A stretch of 64,000 bases of DNA from Eledone cirrhosa. Its lineage: Eukaryota. Positions 27,601 to 42,200 of the stretch are shown in pieces. Location: assembly GCA_964016885.1 (NCBI GenBank), contig CAXHJY010000614.1, positions 8,249-72,248 on the forward strand. The letters run 5' to 3'. A program made the position numbers and the translations under genes. Every line of letters begins with the position of its first letter. Positions within the stretch are counted from its first letter, which is position 1. A model generated the notes under the pieces. The model worked only from the letters and a program-made list of their open reading frames with translations. It was not told the DNA's origin and did no database searches.

Positions 27601-29464
27601 TTTACATATAACCTCACATTCTACTGAATGCACGGGAGAGGTTGTCATGTCTTTGACACAACTGCAGGGTTCTCCTAACCCTTCGGCAAAATGTACACAG
27701 ACACACAAACACTCACAGGTATATATATATATCATTATCATCACGGTTTATATATATATGAGTTTATAAACACGTATAAGTGCCTGAAGATTAGGACTCA
27801 GTTTTGATCCCTCTTACATTTTGAAGACATGGTTAATATTGGGCCTTGAAACCTTAGGTAGCGCTTTTGTTCTGTGCATGAACATCAATAAATAATATAT
27901 TTCAGTTCTTTTCCCTGACTGAGTACTGTTTTCCTTTTTCCTACCTACAGATATTTATATATATATGGAACATCATTACAAATTCTTCTGGGTGGGTGGA
28001 GTTGGAATGCTATTATCTGAGTGATGGGCAGACCAGTTAATTGAGGTAGTTAAAGTGTGTAACAGAATAATTAAACTTAGACTAGTCTTTGGTAATACCA
28101 TAGCCACTATACTATCTGTGTATGTCCCACAAGCTGGACTTCCAGATGAGCAAAAGGACCACTTCTATGAGGTCCGCTTACTGATTACCTCAATGACAGA
28201 TGACAGTGAACTCATTATCGCAGCTGGTGACTTCAATGGACATGGGAAATATCAGCCCTGGTGTGCATTGAGGCTGTAGTTATGACACATGAAATGAGAA
28301 GGGGACTAAGCTTCTGGAGTTCTGTGAAACTCTTGACTTAATGAACTGCAACACAAACTTCAAGAAACCAGCCAGCTACTTGATTACTTCCCAATCACAG
28401 AGGGAATTCAAGAGAAATAGACTTCATCTTCACCAGGAAATGAGACAGGCATATCGTTGTAAATGCCTTTCCTGGGGAAGAATGTGCCTCCCAACATACA
28501 TTAGTTGTCAGAGACCTTAGAATAAGAGCTAGACAGTCTAGAGAAGGAAGACCTGGAAACTAAGAGAATCCTCTGCAGGTAATAAATTCAGAGAAATCCT
28601 ACTTGATACCTATGACAGTAAAGAAGACATAAGATAAAGAAAAGCTGGGAAGTTGTCGATAGGAAGGGCACCATGCCATAGAAATCATACCTCAAAGGGT
28701 TGAGAGGATCCCTCAGTTGTGTCAATGGCACAACAACCTCTCTAATGTTGGTGATTTAGATGATAAACACCCAGTACATGCTGTAAATTAATTGGTGATA
28801 TGAACAGCATCCAGCCATAGAAAGCTAGCCAAACAAAGGGTTGTGAGGACCCGACAGCCTCCCAAGTGTTAGTACTCTACAGGATAAATACACCCAGTAC
28901 TGGTTGTATGTATAATCTATATATCTAAAACAGAATATCTGTCTGTCTGACTCCCTAAAACACGAGAACAACCCAACCGATTGTTTTCAAACTTTACACA
29001 TGTAATACTTATGGTCCTGTGAATGTTTTGGGCAAAAAATATTTCAAATTTTCAATGCCCTAGGGCATTAGGCATTAGGCGGTTTAGTGATCTCTCTCTC
29101 TTTTTTAGTCTTTCTTTTTAGATAGATACATAGATATAACTTATAATATGTCTGTATGTCTGCATTATGACATTATGACGCTATATGTGTGTGTGTGTTT
29201 GTGTATATATGTATATATAGTGTGTATATATATATATATAGTGTGTAACGTTATTCGAAATATTTACTTCTGCTTTCACAGATTGATTTTTTTAGTTTCA
29301 GAAGATCCCGTTTAAGTATGTTTTGAAACAGTGAGCAGGTTTGAAATTAGAAAATAGAATAGCTTTCACCGTATCTTTGACTAAAGAAATTTTAGCCTGA
29401 TAATGGGGTTCTAAACCCTATTATCAGGCTAAGATTTCTTTAGTCAAAAATACGGTGAAAGCTA

Positions 29465-29508
<44 letters not shown>

Positions 29509-32500
29509 CGAGAATACTAATGTGTATGAATGTAACAAAGAGACGAACGGTTAGTTTGTATAATATTTAATAAATAATATGTGGATATATATAGAATATT
29601 ATAGTTGACATGTCAATGAATAGATGAGAGAATGAAACAAAGTTATTAGTTACCGCTTGGTTGCCAGGATTACACACGCCTGACGGAAGACTCCTGGCAA
29701 AAGCCAGGAGGCGCCTGACCGAAAAGGCGAATGAGAGATATGAACGGCTGCGTGTTCGTATCACGTCGGGGGTCTCCAATTATAGCAAAATACTAGTGTG
29801 TATGAATGTAACAAGGAGACGTGGTTTGTGTGTATAATATTTAATAAACAATATGTGGATATATATAGAATATTATAGTTGACATGTTAATGAATAGATG
29901 AGAGAATGAAACAAAGTTATTAGTTACCAGGGTTGCCAGGGTTACACACGCCTGACGGAAGACTCCTGGCAAAAGCCAGGAGGCGCCTGACCGAAAAGGC
30001 GAATGAGAGATAGAAAACTTAAAGTTGTTAGTTTTATAGGGTTTCTGACCGGAAGTTACAGAAAGGGTTCTACTTCCTGTCTAGAGAGCGTTAATCTATT
30101 GGGGATGTAAGTGTCACAACAAGGGAGGCAACTCCTGCTACATATATAATTATATATTCGTGTACAGATATTTTTGCATACACAATAACAAAATATAAAC
30201 AAAAGTATTTATTTCGCGATAAAGTATTGATTTTCTTCGCACGGAAAAACACCCTGGTAATCTACGACGAATTTTTTTTATAAGCACAAAATGTAGACAC
30301 CATCCCGAGGCCGAGGTATTCCGTACTTCTCTGTACTGTTTCAGAAAGGAGGGATAAACATGCCAATCTATGTTTAGAATCCCGAGCAACGCCGGGACAT
30401 TCTGTTAGTATAATATAAAATAATTCACTCTACTACCAGTATTGAGTCTTCCACCAGTAAAGGTTTGGAAGAGGCTATGTAGCCGTTCCCGGTAAAATAG
30501 ACTCCGAGGCTATGTAGCTGGTAAGAGTGTCAGACACACTGAGTTTGAGTCAAGACAATTTGAAATCTTTTCCACCATCAGTTGTTAAAAAACAAATTTA
30601 AACCATTCAGTCGTCTATTCGTAATGTTTAATTTCATACACACACATCTACACGTAAATACATAAACAGATACAGACAACAGAAGTGCAAACTTACACAC
30701 ACATCTACACGTAAATACATAAACAGATACAGACAACAGAAGTGGAAACCCACACATACACACACATCTACTTATATATATTCATAGACACATTATACAA
30801 AATAATTATTGCATACACACACGTCTATGAATGATTGAGGAACGGAGGGCTGGTGAAACACTATAGCGATATGTGTGTTGCGCCCCTTTAGGGTTTACCG
30901 GCTACATAGCCTAATCGTAAAGGTTTGTGTTTATTTTAACATTCGTCGCTGTAATGGTCAACATTTTGTTTATAGTAAATTGTTAGGGAAGTAGAAGGCT
31001 AAAAAACGGTGCAAGGGAGATAATTATGTTTCTAAAAGCGTTACATTTACCGAATTCTGAAAAATGATATCTGGAATATTCAAAAACAATTCATTGATAT
31101 TGTTGACATAAATGAACCACAAGTAGGAATGGCACAACGATTAAAGTCAATTAGGTAGCCGTCTAAGGCACATACTTCAGCGCAGTGCATTTCTGAATCT
31201 TAAAGGATCACAGTTTTATACAAATATGTATAATCAAAGTAAATATATTATAATTTCCTGCAAACAACAAATAAACTGCTTAACTTCTTTGCTTCGTAGC
31301 AGCATGGTGGAATTATTCAAAGTGACCGAGCTGGTTGTATCGTGATATGATTCTTCATATAATTTGGCATGGGTGAGTGTAGACTTTGTTGTGGAAAATG
31401 CAGTCTTAGTAATTTTGTAAAGGAATTACTAACAAGGTGTCAAAATCTAGGTTCGCCAGCTTACCAACTGAAATGGTTTTATTTGAGAAATAGGGCGCAT
31501 AAAAGAGTGGTAAATACCTAGGTGTTGGTCTCTTGACATATGACCTCTCGTAGCTGATACGACATGCTTTTGAAAGTGGGGTGTTATCACAGATAGTAGT
31601 GGCAGAATAATGGGCGATGAGACTGACTTGGCTGTAGCAAGGAGCTCTCACAAGAAAGGGAAAAGAAGAGAGAGAGAGAGAGAGAGAGTCGAACCTAACA
31701 CGGGCCTGGTACTTTATTTATTGACTAAAAAAAAAAAAATGAAAGGCAAATTGACCTCGGCGAGATTTGATCTTGGAAAGTAAAGAACCATAGCTAAATA
31801 CCATAAGGCATTCTGTCTGTCCGAAAACTCAAACGATTCTGTCGACCCACGCCCTTTCCCCGTTAAACTACCGCATCTTATATTACAATTGTTTCTACTT
31901 TTAGCACAAGGCCAGCAATTACCCAGTGCATTACTGGTACTTATTTTATCGACCCCGTAAGGATGAAAGGTAAAGTTAACCTCGGCGGGATTTGAACTCA
32001 GAACGGCAAGAGCCGTAACTCTATGCGTCAAAGCATGGCGTCCCGACCCTCTACCGGTACTGCCAATCCACCAGGCACAAGGCCAACAATTTTTGGGGAG
32101 AGGAAAGTCGATTAAATCGATTTTATCGACCCCGTAAGAACAAAAGGCAAAGTTTACCTCGGCGGGATTTGAACTCAGAACGCAAAGGGCCGTAACTAAA
32201 TACTGCAAAGCATAGTGTCTGACGATCTAAAGATACTGCCAATGTTATAATGTGATGTGAGGCTGATTGTCACACTTAGTGGTGAATCCCCCCCCCCCCC
32301 CGCCTTCTTTTTAAAAAATGTTTTTATTTTTATCTCTCTTTTCCCGTTTATATTTGTATATATTATATGTGTTTGTGTTTTCGGTCTGTAAGTATTATAT
32401 TATATTTTTATCATATGTGTTTATATTTTCATTCTGAAAGAATTGCGAGCAATTTGTAATGTTATTTATACAACTGTGAATAAAACCTGACCAAGTTACT

Positions 32501-35500
32501 ATCTTAGTAACAAAAAAACAAAAAAATGTGTTGTCAATATAGATGTTTTCTTTGTCTGTTCAGCCACCGACACCAACAAATATAAAGAAATTCCATGACT
32601 ACTACAAAACAGATGTAGGTCTCCACAGAAGGCACTATGGCATTTCCAATGATCCACAACGTTATTTCACGCCGAAGTTATACCACGGTAAACCTATCAA
32701 ATTGTCGACTCCTATAAAGGAATTGCTCGTCCCAGCCATGGAAACAGAATATCAAGAGGCGTGTAAAAACCTGAAAGATACCCTTTATACGGGTAAAAAA
32801 ATTGAAAGTCTTGCTCAAAAGACACAGTGGTATTTTGACACACCAAATGATTTCGAACAAATGACACATGGGAAAATAGTCAAAACTGGTAAGACTTGTC
32901 GAATAGGTTTTCATTTTTCTCTGATTCTGTAGTTGCTGCTTTCGTTGTTCTTTCTTTTCTTTTCTTTTCTTTCGTTTCTCCCTATTTCTCTTCCACAGAC
33001 CAAGATATTGGCAAGATCATGTTCCCACCCTATTCTCGCTCCCAAGTGAAAGAACTGGAGGAGCGTTACCACGGGATGTATGTGACATCGCACAAAGATT
33101 ACTACCCGGGTGAACAGTTTGACAGGGATTACAAACTTCCGTTCAGGCCATCGACAACGTATGGCAACATCACGAATAAATACAACGACGGAGATTTAAC
33201 AAAGTCCAGTGTAAAATGGTTAAATATGGTCAAGAAAGAGAAAGCCACACCCCTTATCTACAAGAATTTTGATGAATTCAAGGAGAAGACACAACCCCGG
33301 ATAGGGCATTCACTATGCGAGTAAGTATGGGTTACTGTTGTTGTTGTTATGGTTATAGTGGGTTTCTTTCCCCCACCCTGACTTTATCATCATCATCACC
33401 ATAGTCATCAACGCCACTATCATCATCATCACCACCAGAGCCACCGCCAGATACAATATATATTTTTGGTTAATTAAACTAAGTGAATTACAGTTTTGTT
33501 TACGTGACATGAACTCACTATGAAATCACTATTCTCACTTTGAAGTAATATTGCTCCGCTTTGAAATGATATGCATTCATTTTAATAATAATTGTTTCTA
33601 CTTTTGGCACAAGGCCAACAGTTATCCCAGTGTATTACTGGTACTTTATTTTATCGACCTCGTAAGGATGAAAAGCAAAGTTAACCTCGGCGGGATTTGA
33701 ACTCAGACTATAAAGGGCCGTAACTCTTTGCTGCAAAGCATGGCGTCCGACCTTCTACCGATACAGGGCTCAGGTACACTACAACTCATCAAAGGTGCAT
33801 GTATAATACATAGAATAATGTACGAGTTGGGAAATCGATATTCTTACCCTGATCTGACATGTACCCACTTAGAAATCCTTAATTTCACTTTGAATTGAGA
33901 TATTCTCATTGAGATTTACAAATACTAGAATTATCACAAAAAATATTTATCCCACTAATACGGAAATTTAAGGGGAAACAACTCATAATATTGTACGTTT
34001 TCTGCTGCTCTCCCTTGAGATTCTGTTACAAAACTGTTACGTAATATTTATAGTTGTAAAATACATTAAATATTAAAAAAATTTTTTAGTACGTCTTTTC
34101 CCACTTATTCTTATAAGAGTCATGGGAACATAGTCCTCAAGTACGCTTTCCAGCAGGTCCTGTAAGAATCAACAGTTTCTAATTGATCCAGCTGGTTTCC
34201 CAAGCGAGACCAGCTGAGCTCATCATGCATATTATGCTTGCTCGGGATCTACCCTTGGTTTTGTACGTAAAATCTGTCCAGCGATCCTTTCCCGAGACAT
34301 TCTAACCACTCATTAGAGGCCGCTTATATTTGCAATTGTATTCATGACCATAGGTTAGGGTTGTCACGAATACTGAATTGGAAGTATCGAGTTTGGCTTT
34401 TACCCTACCTCCCTTCTTGTGATGACTGGATGTTGAAGCTGGAACATTACTGCACCAGTTGCTGCAATTATTGCACTTAATTAAACCTCCTATCTTCCAT
34501 CGTTCGTGAACACAGCCTCTAGATACTTGAACTTCTCCACCTGCTTCAGTGGAACTCCTCTCTCATGTAGAGTGTATTACACAGGCTTTCCTGAGAGGAC
34601 AAATGTCTCAGTCTTTGCAGCACTGATTTTTATTCCTACTCTTCAGAAAACCTATGAAGTGCATGTTGGAGATCCTCTTCTGATGAGTTTCATAGTACCT
34701 TGTCATCCGCAAAATTCAACTGACTGATCCTACACCCTCCAGTCTTGATACCGCTTCCAACCCTGATTTTAACGTCAATCTTGTCCATGAAGATTATGAA
34801 CAGGTGAAGTGACAGTATGCACCCTTGGCAGAGACCAACACTCATATTGAATGTTTACGACTTAGCACCATTTATCCTAACACAAATATTAAGGTATTCA
34901 TATCGAGACAGCAGAGCAACAAAAAGCTGTCTTTCGATCCCATACTCTTTTAGAAACTTCCACAATAGGTCCTGTGGAATGCATTCATATGCCTTTTTGA
35001 GGTCTATGAAACAAGAACACACCAATTGGCAATACTCCCACGATTTCTCAAAGACTTTACAGGTGATCTCTCAATAATTGGAACAGTCTCTCTTGTCTCC
35101 CTTTTTGAAAATTGGAATTATCACTCCTGATTGCCATTGCTTAGCTGCCTTTCCAGAGATCCAGGCCACCCAGCACATGCAAGTTAGCCAGAGAATACTT
35201 TCTCTATTTAAGTCTTTTAACATCTCAGGCCGAATTTCATCCTCCCCAGTGGACTTTCCATAGCTGTGCTCTTTAATTGTTCTTGTAACCTCAGCCTCCA
35301 TGAGGTTAATCATCACTCCCAGATGCATCTTGTGTACATCAGAAGATGCTGTTGTGACCAGGTTTAGGAGTTTAACAAAGTATTCTTTCCACCTCACAAG
35401 GATGCACCTCTCTGAAGAGAGCAGAACCACAGACACATTCATGATAGGCATGGAGAAGGACCTATGAAGTCGACGGATGGTCTGTCAGAATACTTTAATT

Positions 35501-38500
35501 GCTGATTTGAAGTTGGATAATAGCTTAACCCCAAAGTTCTACCATGTCTTAACTTTGGATGCCTTTATTGTCTCTCAGTGACTTATGCCTGCTTGTACTG
35601 GAAGTGCAAGAAGGAGGACTTATTTCCATGCCAGCTCTCACAACTTTTGCCCAGGTCTTTCTTAGTCATGCTCTGCTGCAGCTTCTTTCCACTGAGATTT
35701 CTTGGCACTTCACCCAGTGATCATCATCCATACACATTACATGTCCATACCAGCATAGTCTTCTCTTCTGCATACTACAGGATAATAATGAAAAGAAAAT
35801 GGTTTCAGTTATTATTGGCCACAAGGGCCGAGTCATAGGGGATAATATAATAGATGGGGACAGTGGGGGTTTTACACAAAAATCGAGTAAAAAATAGGAA
35901 AACAATAACAATAAACAAGAAAAATACAACAATGAAAATTCCCCAAATAGGGGGATAACCACCCAGGGTTGATTCAGGTACCCCACCAATCCTGAACCAG
36001 CCAACGCTTAGAGGGCACCTGGGAAGGGCACCCCTCTCCTCCTCAAATTCACCAGCCTACAGGCGTATGACCAGAGTAGGCCCACTCACACGGGTCATTC
36101 TCGCCACATTCACCCACCTTTCAGCAAATGTACTGAGGGGCAGCACTTCTCTCCTCCACCCTCATCTTCCTTTCCAAGTGAAATTTGAAAAAGTTGATGA
36201 GGGATTGGCCGAAGAGAAAAGTGTCTGTCTTCAGTCCTTTTAATCCGGTCCACCATACAACCTCTTTCACTACTGCCACCAGACAGAGGAAAATTGCCTG
36301 CCCTTCCTGGCCAAAAAAGGCACAGGTCGATCTTCACTATGGACTCGGTTGATAGCCGGATCCATTCTACATGCGACAACAGCTGTTCGACATAACTCTA
36401 CAACTCAGTAATGCACGGACACTGGATGAGTGCATGCAGAATGGTTTCATCGCTCTGCACACATCTCGGGTGGGTCCATCTGACAGCACTTCCATGTTTG
36501 TAGAGTTTATCCCAAACCGGCAGAACCCCCCGGTAGCTCTGCTAAGTAAGGGATTTCTGGAAGTTATCCATGGTCCCTGGCTCGAAAGTCCTCCAGAACA
36601 GATTAGTTAGTTTGACTTTGTCGACGCCCAGAGCCTTTCCAAGTGCGTTGTTGCACTTGCCCACCACTAATCCTCTATAGAACTCGAGAGTGGAAGTTGC
36701 ACTAACCGCATTGCCTGCCTGGCAGAGGGCAGTGAGTGTCTGGCAACATTCCAAATGCCAGTCACTCAGTCTCGGTATCTTCCATGTCTGAGAGTTTATC
36801 TCGAACTGGCAATATTCTCCAGTAGCACTACCAGGACAGGGATTTCTGGAAGTTATCCATGCGCCCTGAACTGAAAGTCATCTGGAAAAGAGTGACTAGA
36901 TGATTTTCGTTGACCCCCTAGAGTCTCCCCAAGAATGTCATCATTTTCACCTGTTACTAACCCTCTATAGAATGCTAAGGTAGAGTTTTCAGCAATTGTA
37001 CTGTCTGATTGGCAGAGGGCCATGATTGCTTGAAGACATTCAAGTTTCCAAGCGTTCCCTCTCAGTCTTTGCTTGACCCAGGACTGCAGCTCCACCAAGG
37101 AGACGAGCTGGAGAAAACCAAGTCAAGTGAATAGCAACCAGCACATATTTGCACATCATTGGCCTTACAATGCCCAGTCTTCAATACAGCAGGTGTTGAC
37201 AGCAAATGCACTGCCTGGCCATTGGCATGTGTCCATTCACAAAAAGCAAAAGAGCAAACACTTCAGAGCAGTCAGACAAGGAGTGTCAGCATGTCGGACA
37301 ACAGACTTTGTGGCATATAGTTACGTCCCTTTATGTTCTGGATTGATAAAATAAAATATGAGTAACACACTGGGGTCAATTTAATCGACTTTCCCCTGCC
37401 TTTCAAACTGCTGGCCTTGTGCTAAAAGTAGAAACAATTATTATTATTTCTATTTCAAATATTTTTCATTATTTCTCAAATCACTTAGACTTTTTAGAGT
37501 GTTGTACAAAATGTCTTGCTCTATTATTTATTCGATCTATTTAATATTCTGAGTTCAAGTTCCACCAAGGTCAACTTTGCTGAAAATTCTTTTGGAGGTC
37601 TATAAAATATATTACCAACCAGTTAAGTAGTGTAGTTGATATAATCCACAGATACTCTCCCTCACACCTCCTTCCTTCCTCCTTTTCTTCATATTTCTGA
37701 CCTTGTGTCTTTTATGTATTATGATACTAACTATTAATTCAGTGGATTCATGCTTCTTTCAGGCTATAAATTATTGATGGAAATCACAAGAATAACTGAA
37801 ATTCAATGCTTTAACTAGGAATTGAACCTGTATTGCAGTTGTGACTCACCATCAATTTATGTATGCAGTATGAGATATTCTTTTGACTTAAGTCTTTTAA
37901 GTATCTTAGATATTCAACAAACTCTGGCAATCTCTTTACATAATGAAATACATTAGATATTATTATCAACCTATTTTTCACTTTACATTCATTTAAATCA
38001 ATTACAATAATTTTCTTTCATAAATGTTATTATCAAATAAAATTTAATTTCAAAATAATCTAATTTTAAAACATAATTAGATTTTAAAACAATTTAATTT
38101 TACCTTCATCAATATCAATTAAAATCATTTTTTTTACTGATAAATCATTCAGAATTTACATATACATATCAATCAGATATGGTAATGAAAGGGTTAAAAC
38201 AAAAGAACACCCACTATGATACAATAGTACTTTGTATTTTGCAGGATTCGAAATAGCAGGAAATTCCCATGTGACTTCATTTTTGGTTCGAAGAGTGAAG
38301 TAAATGAAAGTGTTAGCGAAGTGGTATTCAATGCTACTCCATTCCACTACAACATAGCTGACGACCATTATGCCTTCCTGATTGCACTGAGGAAAGATTT
38401 AACTAATTATGAGTATTCTAGCATCCCTAAAATTCTCACTGCAATGCAGCTGTCTGATGTGGTAAGTGGAGATTATTGTACAACTGTATTGTCCCTATTT

Positions 38501-38886
38501 GCTCATAATAGTGAGAGATGTGGAGAGCGGGCGAGGTGGAGACAGTGACAGTGGGAGTTTGGTTTTTTGTGTTTGGACCTTGTGTATGAGTATATGTTTC
38601 ACTGTATTACTGAACTAATGACATGGCTGTTGGGGTTAAGGAGTTTGCAACCACATGGTTAGTCACCACCTATTAGTCAATATATCAATTTACCATGATC
38701 AATTAACCCTCTGAAACAGCCGTAAAATGGCCGTAAAACAACAAACTAATATATATATATATAGATGACTGTAACTTGATTAGAATCTTTGATGGAACCT
38801 TATGCAATGAGAGCATACTACAAGAACTATAGCTCTCACTACATGATCTCATTGAAATTATCTCTTCAAGATTTCATGGATACCAG

Positions 38887-38952
<66 letters not shown>

Positions 38953-39214
38953 ATGTATATATAATGTATTTTTCAATACACTTTATGCTTAATTAAAAGC
39001 ATTTTGAAGACCGTATGCTATTGTTTTAGAGTAGTGACAAATTCACTTACTTTAATCTCCCCTGTTTGCTGAGATTAAAGTAAGTGAATTTGTCACTACT
39101 CTAAAACAATAGCATACGGTCTTCAAAATGCTTTTAATTAAGCATAAAGTGTATTGAAAAATACATTATATATACATCCATATATATATTGCTATTTCAG
39201 AGCTCCAATTCTAA

Positions 39215-39260
<46 letters not shown>

Positions 39261-42200
39261 GAATTTAGCTTCGAGCATAGCTCTATAAAGATATGTATTG
39301 GAAATTCGTATTTCTAAAGAAATACAGTATGTTTATAAATAATCATTTAGAAAGCTGTAGATATGCCAAAACACTGGCAGCTATCGGCACCTGGCAGTGT
39401 CCAGCAGAAGCAAGAGGCACAATTGTCGATGCATTTCAAACTGAACTGGTTGTCATGAAGACGATCCCTCCCACTCTTGCAACTGCTGGACTTGAAAACA
39501 GGCGAGAATATATATATCATATTTCCCGGAGCCACAGACACTTTGTCCTTGAGGATGCACCCTAATTTTGACAACCAAAAATTTGAAAAAAATAATATAC
39601 AACCTTCGGCCTTCAGGACACATGGTAGATTTTTGAGTCTTATTTTAGAAAAAAAGTAGCGTCTTCGACACCGGGAAATACGGTAGTTTTCTCGTCTGCA
39701 TAAATGATAACCGCCAGTGATTTTGCATAACTACGGCTTTCTAAATGTTTATTTATAAACACACCATATTTCTTTAGAAATACGAAATTGAAATACATAT
39801 CTGTATACAGCTATGCTCGAAGCTAAATTTTAATTCTATTCTATTATAAGTTGAGCCAACTTATACAGCTTCATATGTAAATGAGATTACTTACCTCATT
39901 TACACAGATGAGAAAACTATATATTCTCGCGTGTTTTCAGGTCCAGCAGTTGCAAGAGTGAGAGGGATCATCCTGATGAGAACCAATTGAGTTGAAAATG
40001 CATTGACGATTGTCACCCTTGCTTCTGCTGGACACCACCAGGTGGCGATAGCCACTGGTGCTTTTGCATAGCTACAGCTTTCTAAATGTTTATTTATAGA
40101 TTTAGAAATACGAAATTCTAATACACACACTCACATATATATATATATATATTTAGCGTAAAAGTTGGCGTCCATCAGGGCTCTGTTCTCAGCCGTTTAG
40201 CGTAAAAGTTGGCGTCCATCAGGGCTCTGTTCTCAGCCGTTTAGCGTAAAAGTTGGCGTCCATCAGGGCTCTGTTCTCAGCCGTTTAGCGTAAAAGTTGG
40301 CGTCCATCAGGGCTCTGTTCTCAGCCCCCTACTATTTATTATTGCCCTTCAGGCTATAACAGAGGAGTTCAAGACAGGCTGCCCATGGGAACTCCTATAC
40401 GCAGACGACCTGACACTCATAGCGGAATCAATGGCCGAGCTAGAGAAGAAATTCCAAACATGGAAGCACGGCCTAGAGTCAAAAGGACTTAAAATTAACC
40501 TGGCTAAGACCAAAGTTCTAGTTTGTAGGAAAGAAAACAAGGCGGCGGTCCCTTCTGGGAAATGGTCGTGCTCGGTATGTAGGAAAGGCGTAGGTAGAAA
40601 CTCCATCTTATGTCCTAAATGCAAAGTATGGGTGCATAAAAGATGTAGTGGGATCACAGGTAAGCTAACTAAGAACATAGACTTTACATGTGGCCGGTGT
40701 TCTGGTGCAATAAGTAGCAGCAAGTGCCCACAAAATACTAGCTCTTTCAATTGCGCAGAGGGTTTTATAGAAATAGTGGACAGCTTCCGTTACCTGGGCG
40801 ATAAAATCAGCAGTGGGGGAGGGTGCTCTGAAAGTACTGTAGCTAGAGTCAGAACTGGTTGGAAAAAGTTCAGAGAGCTTATACCACTATTAGCTGCTAA
40901 AGGGTTCTCCCTAAAAATGAAAGGCAGGTTGTACGATGCCTGCATACGAACAGCAATGTTGCATGGTAGTGAGACCTGGGCATTGTGTGCAGAGGATATA
41001 CGCAGACTAGAGAGGAACGAAGCTTGCATGCTCCGCTGGATGTGTAACAGTAATATACGTGAACGGCAAAGCATAAACGAACTAAGGAAAAAATTAGAGA
41101 TAAGAGGGATCAGATGTTGTTTACTCGAGAGAAGGCTGCGTTGGTATGGACACGTGATGCGCATGAAAGTCGATAGCTGTATTACAAAGTGCAGGGCAAT
41201 AAAGATAGACGGTAGCCACGGAATAGGCAGACCTAGAAAAACATGGGATGAGCTGATAAACTCCGACCTCACACACTTACACCTCTCCAAGACAATGTCA
41301 CTGGACCGTGACCTTTGGCGGTACTCAGTAACAGAGAAGACCCGCCTTGCCAGTAGGCATCTCTAACAAAATACACCCCTCCCGCCGCCACCCCCACCCC
41401 ATCCACACCACCCCGTTCTATGTAAAGTTATGTTGGTGCCGCGCCATCCAGGCCGAAACAAATGAGATCGTGTAGGTGTCACGACAAAAAAACACACAGT
41501 CCACGCTGTAATGTGGCCGTGTAGGCAACACGGTAAAAACCTCCCAGACCCACACTGTAAATGTGGTTGGTGTTAGGAAGGGCATCCAACTGTAGAAAAC
41601 CTGCCAGACAGTCCTATGCGAGCAAGACAATCACTCTTGCCTCAAGTGGGACTACCCCCGTCCAAACCCATGCAAGCGTGGAACACGGACGTTAAACGTT
41701 GATGATGATGATGATGATGATGATGATATATATGTATATATATATATACAAATGGAAACTATATTTATAAAACCATATCTATTTTATTATACATATTTCA
41801 AGGATACCATGTTAAATTATGGTATGCTTTCATCAGACAAAATACAATATATACCAGTTTTATAAATAAATTTTGACATGCCCTTTCAAAATACAACCGT
41901 TACTTTTGGAAGACATCAGGGATATTGGATTTGTTTATCTTAGTAAGTCATTGTGTTACGGAGAAGGAAAAAGATGGAGAGAGAGAAAAACCGAGAGAGA
42001 GAAAAGTTGAGAAAGAAAGGGAGATATAAAGAAAGAAAAAGAGAAAAAAAGAAAAAAGAAAAAAGAAAAAAGAAAAAAGAAAAAAGAAAAAAGAAAAAAG
42101 AAAAAGGAGAGAGAGATATCAAAACACCAGACAGAGAGAAAAAATCAAGAGAGAGAAATATAGAGATAGAGAGGGGGGGGGGGAGGGAGAGAATGAAAAC

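Larger units (their letters stand above)
40152..41727 (+). mobile_element. Young 5'-truncated RTE-clade LINE with (GAT)n tail
   Basis: Open frame 40284-41366 ([35 protein letters not shown]), structured 3' UTR, (GAT)n tail, flanked by (TA)n. Confidence 0.95.
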
